The notes beneath the pieces were generated by a model that saw only the letters and a list, made by a program, of their open reading frames with translations, did not search any database and was not told where the DNA came from. From Klebsormidium nitens (lineage: Eukaryota > Plantae > Klebsormidiophyceae), in NCBI GenBank assembly GCA_000708835.1, contig DF237350.1, forward strand, positions 21,172-85,171: a DNA stretch of 64,000 nt. Reading direction: 5' to 3'. Positions within the stretch are counted from its first letter, which is position 1. Each line of letters begins with the position of its first letter. Both the position numbers and the translations under genes were made by a program. This document shows positions 27,001 to 39,188 of this stretch, piece by piece.

Positions 27001-27667
27001 TTTAGGGTGTCTCGTTTACGAAGCATCTTTTCTGATTCTGGAAGTATTTCCAACTCAGCAGATGGTCATATGCATCCCCATACTTCATCGGGCCCAGTTT
27101 TTTAATGACTTCCAAAATGTCGTTCCTCGACGTATCCTCGGTGCCTCGTGCCTTTTCGTACCCTTTCACCTACGACCTTGTATGCGACTATTCCCACGGC
27201 AGGTCCTGAGCATTCTCACCTTCGGCGCCGAGGACGGCAAGGGCGGCTTCTTCCCCAACGGTGTGAACGGGCGCATCAACCTGCCCACCCCCATCGGCCC
27301 GGTTTACCGCAGCACCCGCCCGGGGACCGTTTACCCGGCCTACGACCAGACCGGTTTCGCTGACCCAAACACGGTTGACGAGCGCTTCGGCGAGACTCCG
27401 TTCCTTCCCGGAACTCCGTTCAACAGCGAGCCTCCGGCGCCGGACGTAGGGATCCCCCCCGAGGCGAAGTTTGACGAGTACCTGAGGCAGAAACGTGCCC
27501 CGACTGTCCCGAAGCTGCCCTTTGGTCCTGCCCCGGGGCCTTCCCCCGAGCGCAAAGAGGAGGAGAAAAAGGAGGAGAGAAAGGAGGGGAGAAATGAGGA
27601 GAGGAAGGAGGAGAGGAAGGAAGGGAAGAAGGACGAGAAAAAGGACAGGAAGGAGTATAAGCCTTAG
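24081..27667 (+). CDS. Desiccation-related protein PCC13-62-like (secreted ferritin-like domain protein), ~449 aa, multi-exon
   Basis: Exons 24081-24086 (ATGGCG|gtgagt), optional 24159-24179, 24563-24719, 25118-25346, 25571-25775, 26199-26396, 26704-26793 and 27203-27667, all GT-AG with consistent phases. Signal peptide LAYMLAAALVLAAAGPAAA. Family motifs NFLTNTECLEASF, GGPPPIGANRANI, QETARDEAGHVR, PPFFDPY, TVAQVAEAISEYRDSL, YSRTPQQVLSIL and GGFFPNGVNGRI. Confidence 0.9.
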
Positions 27668-30584
27668 ATTTGAAGTGTTGAGAGTGCCAGGGACGCTAAA
27701 GGCACCTTGTGTTGAGTTTTGATTAGGCAATAAGATGCCGTCACTGTAAGAGTGCACGGCAGGGTTTGGAAAGGAAGACAGAACTTTGCATTGAGAGCAT
27801 TCAAAGAGTAGACTACCAAATACCACGACACGCAAGCAAGCACGTCGGCAATGACCGTTACTGATTCTGGGCTTCTCATTCCAATAGTGGGCTCATTGAA
27901 GTTCTCCTGACCACGAATACGCCATTTCTAAGTGAAACCTCCTTAGATTTCCACGTCGATTGTTTCGTTCAATGAGTCTTGCGCTAGTAGACCGCCAAGA
28001 CAAAGGAGCGGTACGTTCGTGGGCTGACCTTTCCCAGCTCAAACGAAGCGTCTTTCATTCTCGCTTGATGCCGCCATCAAGCTACGCGGTACATCTTGCT
28101 AAGTTTCGTTGCTACAGAAACTTTTGACCAAGTGAACTGTCAAGATTTCGTGTCTATTTGATCAGAGAACTGCTTGCGGGCTCGGATCGAGACCGGCACA
28201 TTCCATGATTGGACAGAGATGGAAACCTCGGACTAGCATTCCATGATTGTACAGAGATGGAACCTCGGACTATCTTTTTTCGGAAAGGTACTCTCCTGAC
28301 TGTCGGGGGAGTTCCTTGACCAATCGGAAGGTTCGCAATCGACACTTTTGCAACTTGTTGCGCCTGTCAGCCGCACCTGTCACTTTCAACTCCCCGCCAG
28401 TCTGACCTGAATTCGGCAAAACGATGCGTCCTGTCCTGTTGAGGCGGCATGGGTGCTTTGAACCTTGTCGCGCGCGTTCGTTGCGTGCGCATCCCGCCTC
28501 TCATCGGGCGTATGCAGCCGGAGAACAAGCATGCCAAAGAGGAATCATTGCTGCGCTGAACTCGCACAATCCAAAGTTTTGAGTTGCTCGGCACGTCTTT
28601 CATCCAGTTCTTCAAAGCCTCCTTTGATCCTTTGCTCACCCCGCGACCAGCGCGGCGCAGAGTGCTTTCTCATAAAGAAACGCGGGCCGGATATTGCTAG
28701 GGATCGTTCATCTGTGCATGCATCGATGGCAATGAGGTTGGCTTGATTGCTGAGGCTGAGAGCGAGCGCAACGAAATTGTATGAACAGGACTTTCGTCCA
28801 AGTCAAGGTGTTGCCTCTCCGGTGCCTCCTCTCTATCTGTCTTCTGCGCTCGAAACGGTGGTTTAGAAAGAAGCATTGCGGGCAAAGAAGACCTAATTTG
28901 AGGCTGCTGCCTGCCGATAACCTGCACCTGATGTTGTGCTTGCTTGAGCCCGGCCCGTTCTGACCCCGTCGGACTCTTTTGATCCACGAATGTAGCATCA
29001 GAAACATATTCGTTTCACACGCATCGAGTTCTGCCTCGAACCATTCTCGGTTGTACTGCCTCGACCGGCCACTGCGTGATCAGAAACGGTATTGCTTGGA
29101 GGCGTGCTTGGTCCTCCACTCTCAAACAACCTGGCTCGCCGCACTTTTGATCATCTGTTCGCCCCTGTCTTTATGTCTGACGATCGTTGTCGGGCCAGAT
29201 TTCTCTTGGACGCCCGCGCGTGCCTTGCACTTAGCTACCAATCGTCCGAGTTTCTATAGAATCCTCTTGCGTGTCTTCTGTACACCATCAACCACTTGCT
29301 ATTATAGCATCTTATACTTGGGGTACTTTTCGGACCCGGCCTAAAGTAATGTAAGATTCTGATTTTCGACCATCTCAAAGCGCTGAAGGTTTTGTGAGCG
29401 GCCGCGCGCGGGTCGCGCCGAGCGTCCGCGGCCGCGAGGGACCACATGAACTTCGCTTCGGGCCCGGATCTGAGCAAGTTGCGTGCGCGAGCACTGCAGG
29501 GTGACCGGCGAAGATACGCGGACTGGTTCAGATCAGCTGTGCCTCCACAACACAATGCTTAAAGATCTCGCCGCGCCAATCCGGCTCGCGCGCGCGCGCG
29601 CGGTGCGCCAGGCCTCGGGTCCCAGCGACGTGGCCCGCTGGAGACGCGCCGAAGCTGGCGCGGCCGCGCGGCGCGATCCAACTTGTTGACGGCTAGGCTC
29701 GGCGAAGATTTTCTCCAACAACTTTGTCTGGCCTGCTTTTCCTGTAAAGATGCCTCTTCGAAACTCATCTAGCTTCCTTCATGACATGCGGCTCAGATTA
29801 GACGGACGCTGTTAAATTGACACGCTTCAGATCTCCATCAACGGCCTGACGGAGTCACGTTGTCGTAACTTTTTTTCGTTTCCACACCTATAAGAAGCTC
29901 TCGTATCTGCATTCGGGCCTGATCAGGGATTAAAACAATCATTCGTGGTCAGCGTGTGGCCTGGACGTTTCTGCTTGTGCACCAGATACAAGAAAGCGCA
30001 GCGCGTTTCAGAAAGAAGACGATGACTGATTGCGAACGCTGAAGTCAGCCAAGAAAGAATAGGTGACGGGAGCACAAATTTTCTTGAGACTGTTGAATTT
30101 GCGTACTCGCACTGTGAGTAGGGGCAAATCTATTGCAGAACTGTTGCGGTAGAGACGAGTATCTGCTCAACTTGTGGCAATCATACATGCCAAGCAAAAC
30201 TCTCCCGGACGCCGCAAGATACCACCTTTTACACACGCCGTCTCCGGCTGACCTAGTCGACGCGGGTTGTTCCCAGAACGCTCCATTCTCGTCTGGCATC
30301 AGAGCACAGTCGGAGATCGAGTACTCACTGCAATGGACCTGGCCAGTGTCTAATCTGCATACCCAGCCGGCGTGCTTGGATGCGACGCCTCTAACATTAC
30401 TTGCTGGATTCATCTGCTGTTAAAATAAATACTCCACAACGAGAAACTTCAAGAAGCTCTTTGGACGAAGATGACTCTAAGTGGGCTGGTCCCCAAGAGG
30501 AGCGTTGTGCATGCCACCGTCTCTGAAGCCCTCGTGTATCCTTTCCGGAGAAACGGGCCGCTTAAGTTCAACGAGGCCAGCTTA

Positions 30585-30920
30585 CACAGGAAGGAAAGAC
30601 GGTTTGCCCGTTAACGGGCAGGAGGCCGGGCAACGCGTTCCCCGGCCTCCTGCCCGGTCATCGGCCGAAGTCGGGGCAGGGTAGCGCACTGCCCGGTGAT
30701 CGGGCAAACATCACCGGGCAAGCAGGCCGGGGAAGGGCTCATCTCGTGCACGGGTACAAGGCCGGGCAGGAGCGGCCGGATCCCGGGCAGCGACGCCGGG
30801 CAGGGGCTTTCCGCACGTCCGGGCAGGGCGACTGATGAGCGGGCAGCACAACCGGGCAGCCTCCGTTCAAGACCGGGCAACTAGACCGGGGAATGCATCA
30901 TATATGATCGGGCAATAAGC
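30585..30920. repeat. Left TIR plus subterminal array of (C)CGGGCA motifs
   Basis: More than ten CGGGCA/TGCCCG units in direct and inverted orientation. Most inner copies read CGGGCA on +. Confidence 0.9.
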
Positions 30921-31561
30921 ATTGACGGGCGCCACGTCACCGACGTGATGACGTCATATGATGAACCGATGATAGATCGGAAAGAGCAGGACGAGATGAA
31001 TCCGAGAATGTAAAAGAGGGAACAACAGTCAATTAACTTAGTGACAGTTTGAAAGACTTACGGTCCGTCTAGTACTTAGGCTATGCTGTGTCACTATGCG
31101 CCCGCTGCAATACACTATGTCCAACTGAACCTTTGTGCTGGTTCAATTCTGCTGTGCTCTAACTTCTGATCGCTATGCGCCCCGCTACCTCGTCGTCTGC
31201 ACTGCTGACTTCTCAACTCGGAAATCAAACTTGCGAATGCCGAGTCTTGCGTGACGCATGATGCCTCCGAGTCAACCTGCATGCAGAACGCCGATCAGGA
31301 GTTAGCTAGGTCGAACGCACGAAAGACTTTCTTGCCACGCCATCACAAATGTGATCGGCATATCGCGTTGCACACTGTCTAGACTACTCTGTTCAATAAA
31401 CACATAAGGAGTCAGTGAAAAGTTGAAAACAAGGACTTTCGTTGCCCTGTTGTTACCAGCGCTACAGTATTGAAAGCAGCACGCCGCCGTGGAGTGCACT
31501 TGACTGTCACAGACACCTTAGATTCCGGACCCTAAATGACAAAATTGATTCACCAACCTGA

Positions 31562-34500
31562 TCAGAAGCGAACCCGGACATCAGCAGGGTCCAATACGGT
31601 GCCTTCCTCCCGCCACTTCCGGTTCTTGATGACGACCTTCTTCTTCTTGATGAGCCCCTCGCCCAGAAGCTTCAGGAGGTAGTTCTGGTTGAAGCCCGTC
31701 AGATCGGGGGACTTCGAGATGCCCGGTAGCTTGAGCCGGTTGATCGCCTTCTGGAGCGCTCTGGAGGTCAGCTGCGAACAGAAGCGATCGACTGTAGTCA
31801 AGAAAGGGTAGCCTCGTACTCCAAACACTGTGGTCCTCGTAAGGTAACCCGCTCGAGAAAAAGCGGATGTTGGATTCAGATGTGTTTGTGCGTATCACGT
31901 GCAACACCCTGCACTATGAGGAAGACATTGCGACGGCACTTCATCGATTCACGCCAAATTATGCTTCACAAAGCCCACTCAATTTTGCAAGATCGAATCG
32001 GAACTGGAATGGAGTCAGAAGGGAACGAGACCGGGACCGGAACGGGTTGAGACCGAAACGAGACCGGGACAGAAAAAGTCAGAACGGAACGAGACCGGGT
32101 CAGAAACGGAATGAGAACGGAACGAGACCGGAATTGGAACGGGCTCGGAACGGAATCGATTTTAGATCGGAACACGATTTTGACCAGAATCGGAATCGGA
32201 ATCGGAATAGCAACTGAAGTGTAACGAAACTAAGATAAGACTGGAATGGATCTCAGATTGGAGCGGAATTCTGAGTGGAACCAGATCGAAACGGAATCAG
32301 ACCGGAACGGACAAGAGCGAGACCGTCGATCAGACCGGAAAGAAGGTCAGATTGAAGAGATTTTCGACCAGACCGAAGCACGAATCGGAATGGAATCTAG
32401 ACCGGAACCGATTCAGAATGGAACTCGACCGGAATCGGAACGGCTTCCGACCGGAACACGACTGGGACTGGGTCTGATAGCAGTACCAGAACGAAACTCG
32501 GACCTCGCTCTATAAAACATCCCGACGGCTTGTAATTGTGCTCAAGTGAAGTTGGTGTGGGCACTGAAAATACCGTCATTCCGAAGTACTTTTTAAGGAA
32601 ACAAATCGATATCAGTCGACCACGAAGTTCACGGTTCTCCAGGCTAGGTCTTGCTGCAACCCTTGTCGAGGTGACACTTCTGGCCGTTTCGATGGGCAAT
32701 GAGCTTTACCTGGTATGATGCGTTAACTTCCAGGGCGGTCATCGCGATAATCTGGTAGTTGTCGACCATCAACGGGTGCAACTTCTCGTCCTTGTCCTCG
32801 AAGGCGCCCCCAATCGGCAGATCTGACGTCGCCTCTGCATCGGAGTCCTCCTCTTCCGACGACTCGATTGCGGAGCCCGAAAGACTCAGCGACTCCTCGC
32901 TGTCCTCGTCCGACTTGCGCTTCTTCTTGGCCCCAGCCTTGCTCTGCTCCCGGGTCTTCTGTCGAGTGTCGGTTCCTGCCGCTGCCGGCTTGGAGTTCAC
33001 CACGTAACTGTCGTTGTGAATCATCCGGTTCATCTTGGGCGCCCGGTTCGACTGCCGCACGGCTTGGGTTTCCTCAACCGGCTGATCCGTTGGCGGTTCC
33101 TTGTTCTTTTGGCTGGGGCCTCCTGATTCGTCCTGCTCGTTTGGCTCTTCGTTAACGGGGGAAACACCCGCCGCGCGCTTCTTCTTGTTCTTCTCCCGAT
33201 CGCCCTGGCTGCCCTTCCGCTTCGCGGACCCCTTCTTCGTCTCGTCCAGCTTTCCCTTCTCCTCGCGCTCCTCTAAACGTTCCCCCTCGCCAGCTTTCAC
33301 GCGCTCCTCCGAACCCTTTCCGGCAGCCGACACACCCCGGGGGGGCGAGAGCGCAGACCCTGAGAGGACCGCAGCCGGGCGAGCTGCCTGCTGCGCTGCC
33401 TGGTTGATCAGCGCCTCCGCGCAGAGATCCGCTGACGTCTTGTTCTGGGGGCTCGATCGGTGTTGGCCAGATGCCTGCACAGAAAGACTCAGAACGATGT
33501 GAAACACTCTCAGCGTCAGGATATCCATTCCTCCTTTTTTTCCGAGACGAGCCGAAGCGCGCACAAAAGCGCAGGACCTGAATGCCGATGTTTGGCAAAA
33601 AGTCGCGACTTAAAAGAGGCAAAAAGAAAGGACTCGGAACCGGAGCCTTCGATGGCGCAGTTCGATAGCCGCCCGTGCGCGCGCGCACTCGTCTCAATTT
33701 CAGTCGGTTTGAAGAAGGGAGTCATCGGTTTCTGACGAAAGCCAGCGAATGTTAATAAAGACGTGCAGAAAGAACTGGAAAGGACCGTGACCGTTCAAAA
33801 GCGGAGGATTGACGGCGCAGATCAACAGCCACGCGCGCGCGCGCACTCGTCTCAAATTGAGCCGGCCTTGAAGAAGGGAATCACCGGTCTTTGCCAAAAG
33901 CCCGCAACTCTGAGACGCGCAGAAATATTTTGAAAGGAACGTCATCCACAATCAAATAATCGATGGCGCAGATCGACAGCCGCGTGCGCGCGCACTTATC
34001 TCAGATTCAGTCGGCCATGAAAAAGGGAAGCATTGGTTTCTGTCAAAGCCCGCGACTTAAGACGCGCCAAAAGAACTTGCCAAAAGGACCGTGATTCAGA
34101 AGCCGAGAATCGATGGCGCAGATCGACAGCCGCGCGCGCGCGCGCACTCATTTATTCGGCCTCAAAGAAGGAAATCAAGAGCGGTCTAATCACTTCACAT
34201 GGGGGCAAAAAAAGCCTTGGGCGGTCACCTTCTCAAAGCCCAAGGCGCCGGCATGTTCTTGGCACGCAAAACGGCCGCCGTCGTAGCATTCCACGTTGTA
34301 CACCTCGCGAAGGAAGCCTTGGAAGCACAGGTTGTGCACCGGCTCCTTGCAAACGTCGCACCGGTGCTGCGTGGGTTTTCCTGCCATTGCGCACGCTGGC
34401 AAGGTGCACTTTCCGCCCAGTCCCTGAAAAGAAATTGAAGTGGACGTGCAAATCAGGCAGTATCCGAGCATATCAACTGAAAAGTTGAGCGGGAAACCGG

Positions 34501-37500
34501 AGCTAGTAACCCGTGCTAATGAACCGACTCCTATTTGAGAAGCTGGCCCGAGCTGAAAAACCGACCAGAAAACCATCTAAAACGAGCGCCGAAAACCGGA
34601 GACTAAACCCCGTGCGGATGACGTTCATTCAAAATCCAAGAAGGAAAGCGGACCAAGCAAACCTGAGTTTGTTTCGAATGCGAGCAGGAAACTCGAGCAA
34701 ATTATTTGGATTGGAAACCCGGGCAGAACACTGTAGATGATTCAAACCAGACCAAGAGATAGTTTCAAAATGAGCCCGACACCCGTGCAGATGACCCAGA
34801 AGGGAACCCGACCAGATAATCGGAGCCGACAGCCAAATCAAACATGAAACTGCAACCAGGGTCACATGCAGACACCCGAGTTGAAATCCCGAACGGTAAA
34901 CCTGAGCCTTTTCTAACCTGAGCACGAAAAAGAACCCTATCTGTGCCTATGACATGGTTTGCCAGTCCAAGCATAAAGCCGAGCATATAACCTATGTTGC
35001 TAAGCATGAGAACAAGAAAACACCTCCCAGACCCCTCCCAGATGCCCAGAACTGACCTGTCGGAAGCCAAAGTTGCTGTGATGGTTGGCGCAGTAGAGCA
35101 GGTCCCCGTCGTAGTTCGCAACTCCGTACAGCTTTGTCAATAGCGTCTGCATGCACTCCTTGTGCACCGGCTCAAGACACGTCTGGCAGTAACCTGAAGG
35201 CCGCTCCGTCGACGAGCACGTGTCTAACGAGCAGCTCGTTTTCGGCTTTGGCTGCAATAGGAAAAGACTGTAGTGAGTCAAAGACAGCAGCCAGTGCTTA
35301 AATGCTGGCTGAAAAAGGAAGGGACTTTTGAACTGAGGCGCAGGGCTCAAAACCTTTTGGTTTGGGATCTGGTAAGCGAGATATGTTTTCTTCATTGTCT
35401 TCAAAAACGTTGATACAGTGGCGAATCAAAAAGTGGTTATTGAAATCTCGTTGGTTAGCCGCAAAGCAGGGGTTTCTTTGCCAGGCATGTCTACGCCGTG
35501 CCTGGGAAAGAAGGATTTCGTTAGTGGCTCGGTTAGGGGTTTGGACGCGAGACAGCATCTGCTAACGAGGAAAATGAAAAGAGAAGGCTCTGAAGTGCAG
35601 AAGATGGCGGTCAGGCGAAGCAGATCTCAAAATGGAGTGTGCTGACGTCATCAAAACGAGGGCTGTGTCAGTTGGGGGGCTGGAAAGCAAGCAGACATAA
35701 CGGGTCGCGCAATTTCCGGAATTCCTGGGTAAGGCAATTTAGAATAATGTGTGTGTGTGGCCGACGGAAATACAGGTCTGGACTCTCGAGACAAAACGGC
35801 TAAAATTTGCGTCTAAAATTGGGTCTGCAAAGAGGGTTATTTTGAGATGAGTCTGGCTGGAGGTGTCTAAAAGGTGATTTTCGGGGGTGCTTAACGGAGT
35901 GAAAAAGAGAGGTTTAAGCATTTTATCACCATAATCGGATCAAGAAGGTTCAATTAAATCGGGGGCTTGGGTTTTCCGGTCAAGAGTAGGGTGGGGACAC
36001 GTGGCGGCGCAGTATGCGGAAAATGGAGAAAGAGGCAAAAACAAGTGTTTTGAAGCGGGTTAAGGGTGGTCAGGGCGGCTTTTCAAGTCTTCGATAATGA
36101 TCGGAGTACAGAGAAGTTTCGGAAAGCAGGAAATCGGAGTCGGAGTGGACGTGGATAGCCAAACGGACACGTGGCGGGTGTTGCAAAAGCTGGATGTTAG
36201 AGACGGAAGGGGGACGGAAGGTCGTAGAACGCGGTTTTCGGGTTAGCTTTTTCGGGTTCAGGAGACGTCGAATGGAGAGGTAAATTAGGGAAGTTTAAAG
36301 ACTTGCAGATCTGCAAATAAAGTCTGCGGAGACATGTACAAGAGAAGATCGTACAAAAATGGCATGCGCGCTTTTTGGAAAGTGACAAGTGCCAACTTAC
36401 CGTTGTCTTGCCTGCGTCGCTAGCCGGAGCACGTGGTGCTTTTTCGAGGTCGATTCGTACAGCCGATTCGTTTGAGCGCTGGGTTGCCGCAGAGAGGTGT
36501 ACCTGCTTCGAAGACAATCATTCGTTACTTTCAATCTTCAATACATTTTTCTAACGGAGAGTCAACGCAACCCCGGAAACAGCACTTCAGATTTGCAGCC
36601 CTGAGCTCTAAGCCCTGACTTTAAACCACCGCCTCAATATCCACCTTTGATTGAGACGCAAACACAAAATCTTCAAAGCTTCCGTTTCAAAGCTGCCAGA
36701 AATTTTAAAAGTTTAGCTCCAGTACAAGTCTGCCAAAAACGTGGAAGGTTTTGGCACCACGGTGCCAGAAAGAGCAAGAATTTCTCGAAGGTTTCACGGT
36801 TTGAAGGTTCTGGTACCAGACACTTTCAGGATTCTGGCGCAAATCTGCCCCACTCACCTAGTCTGGAGGAGAAGACTCGGTGTTCAACGCTTTGTCAGGG
36901 AAGTTCGCGCTGTCAGGCGAAACGGATCCGCTGTTTTCTGCATCGGGCACCGGCTCCTGTACACATAGCGAGTTCAGGTTTGCCAGCATGTCTCAGCAAG
37001 CGCAAATCTGCAGTGGACGAGGCCGTTGTCTACGAAGAGCACCTGCTTCATCATAAACCACGATCGCGCGAGGTCCTCAAATAAAACCGTAGAGCATTCA
37101 GGTTCTCAGAAGCTTCTTGAAGGATATTGCCTATTGAAGCAAAGTCGACCAAGCAAGTTGAAGACACTTCGAGATACATGTGCTGAGCAGGTCGGATAGT
37201 GACGTGGCGAAAGTCGAAAAATCCCTGACCTCAAGGGGTTCGTTCTTGTCAGCATGCGATGGGGGAAGATTCATGGCCTCTTGACTCTCGGGATCCGGAT
37301 TTCCGCACGATTGGTCCTGCAACGTGAACGGCTTTGGATGAATGACGAGATCAAGCAAGAGAGTGGAACAGAGCGAGAGTATCTTTGGTCAATATGAACT
37401 TGGACATCTTCTACAATCGTTTTTGCACAGGCAAGACACGTAATGTGAATACGCCACAGGTTTGCTTGTGGCGCATGCACATAGGCATGTGACGTATCCG

Positions 37501-39188
37501 ATCAAACCTTTGCCTGATCACACCTATGCATAATCACAGGTCTGCGGGGTATTCACACCTCGCTGATTGGCTTCGCACACTGACCTTCGATGATTCATTC
37601 TCGTTGCAATGATGGGGCTTCTCCTGCATTTCCGGAGCGCCATCTTTTCCAGCTTGAGCTCGCTTCTGCAGCCACGAAACAGCCAGCGCTTAAGTTCATT
37701 CTGGTGGAAAGATCAGGCAAACTGGCTCGAACACGTCAGATGTGTCTATAGAAACACAATAGCACAGCGAATTAGACAGCAAACAAATCAAAGAAGCCTT
37801 ATAACTTATCAGTCTTTGAGTAATTGAACTGTCATAAAAAGAGATTGTGGCACGCAGAAACTGGGATTGCGATTTGAATCTTTGCAGACCTTCTTCGCAG
37901 CATGAGAACAACGCAGCAGTTTATGTGATGGCCGCTTCCCTACCTTTAGTTGCTTGCGGTCGTGGTAGCGTTTCAGCTTGTCAGCCTGGCTCTTCTTGTA
38001 ACGGTCCGCGTGCACCAGCTTCTTTTTCAGGTCGTCAATGATGGCGGTGAATGTGGAGTTGTAGCAAGCTGCAAGTGATACTGTACGCTTGAGCGTCAAA
38101 GTTACATGCACTGCAATAAAACCCTTGCTTACAAGCACTGTGATCAAATCAATTAGACAAGTTGCTTGTTACTAGAAAGCATGACAAATCTCACTTGTTT
38201 CAAGAAGCTGATTGTAACACAAAGCTCCTCAAGCAGTCACAAAACCCTCTGCAATCTACTCTTGGGACTGGTTGATCTTAAAACAAAGAATGAGCAGAAC
38301 GGAGAATATTTTCAACAATGGAGGTGTACGTACGATTTCGAATCCGTTCTGCGAATTCGTCTAACGCCATATGATGCTCAGAGCAAACGTTGGCTTACCT
38401 TTAGGCCACTTGTAGACTGTGCCGTCCAAACCTACAATCTCACCAGCGTGCTCGTCATCTTCTAGAATTGAATCAAAGATCTTGTCTCTCCATTCTTGGT
38501 CCTTTGGATTCTTCTTCAGGTTGATGGACCTCAACCTCGTCAATTCTTCTTCTGAAGGAGTCTCTTTCGCCTTCGTTTCATTAGGCATGTAATCACTCAA
38601 TCCCAGATCCGCTGCAACACGGCTGACCACACGAGCATGAAAGCTCTGCAGCCTCCTGACGCCGTGCTTCCCCACAACCGCTGTATACTTCTTGCTGTGC
38701 CACAGTGTTTTGAAAAGCTTGGATGCAGTCACTGGCGAGCTCGGTGCTGCTCTGCTTTGCGACCTACTCTGAGTATTGTTTCCCCGCTCTGAAACGTCTA
38801 CTTGTTGAGTCAAGTTCTCTGACATGCTTTCTCTCATACCAGTGCTCCCTTGGATGCCTTTCTGCAGATTGACTGCCTGGCCTCCTCCGTCTCTTGTCAG
38901 AGTGTCCCCAGCAGTACGAGCGGTACCTGTGCCTCCATTGGATGCTTCTGATAAAAGCCACGACTTTCTCAGATCTTTCAGAAGAAGTTTGTGTCCTCTT
39001 TTTATCTCAGACCCGCTGTCCAGATCTTTGAAATCTTCAACAAGCGCGTCCCCTTCTGGTCCCTGCGCCAAGAAGACTCTCCCACTAATTGCTTCTTCGA
39101 GGATGTATTTGGTATACAAGTCACTCTCCAACTCTTTTGAAACCTCCTCTGCAAACTCTTGCGCACTTAGACCACGTATGCGACTCAT
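31562..39188 (-). CDS. Transposon accessory gene: SAM-like N-terminus, helical region, two PHD-like Cys/His fingers, charged low-complexity region and C-terminal domain (~855 codons; one in-frame TAG at the end of exon 4)
   Basis: Predicted exons (minus strand) 39188-38399, 38068-37944, 37316-37230, 36956-36858, 36502-36401, 35251-35057, 34423-34229, 33474-32710 and 31771-31562. All are GT-AG and phases join (1, then all 0). The N-terminus LSAQEFAEEVSKEL…YTKYILEEAISGRVFL…IKRGHKLLLKDL fits a SAM pattern. Exons 3-5 are less certain than the others. Confidence 0.72.
31995..32500 (+). repeat. Degenerate GGAAC/GGAAT/GAGACC satellite-like tract in an intron
   Basis: Dense CGGAAC, CGGAAT and GAGACCGG units within the last intron of the accessory gene. 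Confidence 0.85.
33560..34190. repeat. Diverged tandem repeat, ~150-160 bp unit, about 4 copies, intronic
   Basis: GA(T/C)GGCGCAG(A/T)TC…GCGCGCGCACT…GAAGAAGGGA recurs at 33651, 33811, 33962 and 34112. Confidence 0.85.
35320..36262 (-). repeat. Intronic ~950-bp repeat, copy A (inverted relative to 40745-41715)
   Basis: Example: GTGCTGACGTCATCAAAACGAGGGCTGTGTCAGTTGGGGGGCTGGAAAGCA (~35639) matches the reverse complement of ~41340-41392, GTGCTGACGTCATCAAAAACACGGCTGTGTCAAACAGGGGGGCTGAAAAGCA. Collinear matches continue along the whole length. Confidence 0.85.

Noticed and set aside
26882-27202. 5' part of the 261-aa ORF, and the N-terminal part of ORF 26082-26465
   Set aside because: These are read-through of introns of the PCC13-62-like gene. 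Clear acceptors lie at 27202 and 26198.
30481-30884. ORFs over the left subterminal array (and 46848-47393 on the right)
   Set aside because: Artefacts of GC-rich repeats that lack stop codons.
31867-32515. Repeats considered as a CRISPR array or as Arg/Asn-rich ORFs
   Set aside because: No constant repeat with unique spacers. This is a degenerate pentamer tract inside an intron of a eukaryotic gene.
33152-34488. Plus-strand ORFs 33152-33697 and 34033-34488
   Set aside because: Antisense to accessory-gene exons and overlapping an intronic tandem repeat.
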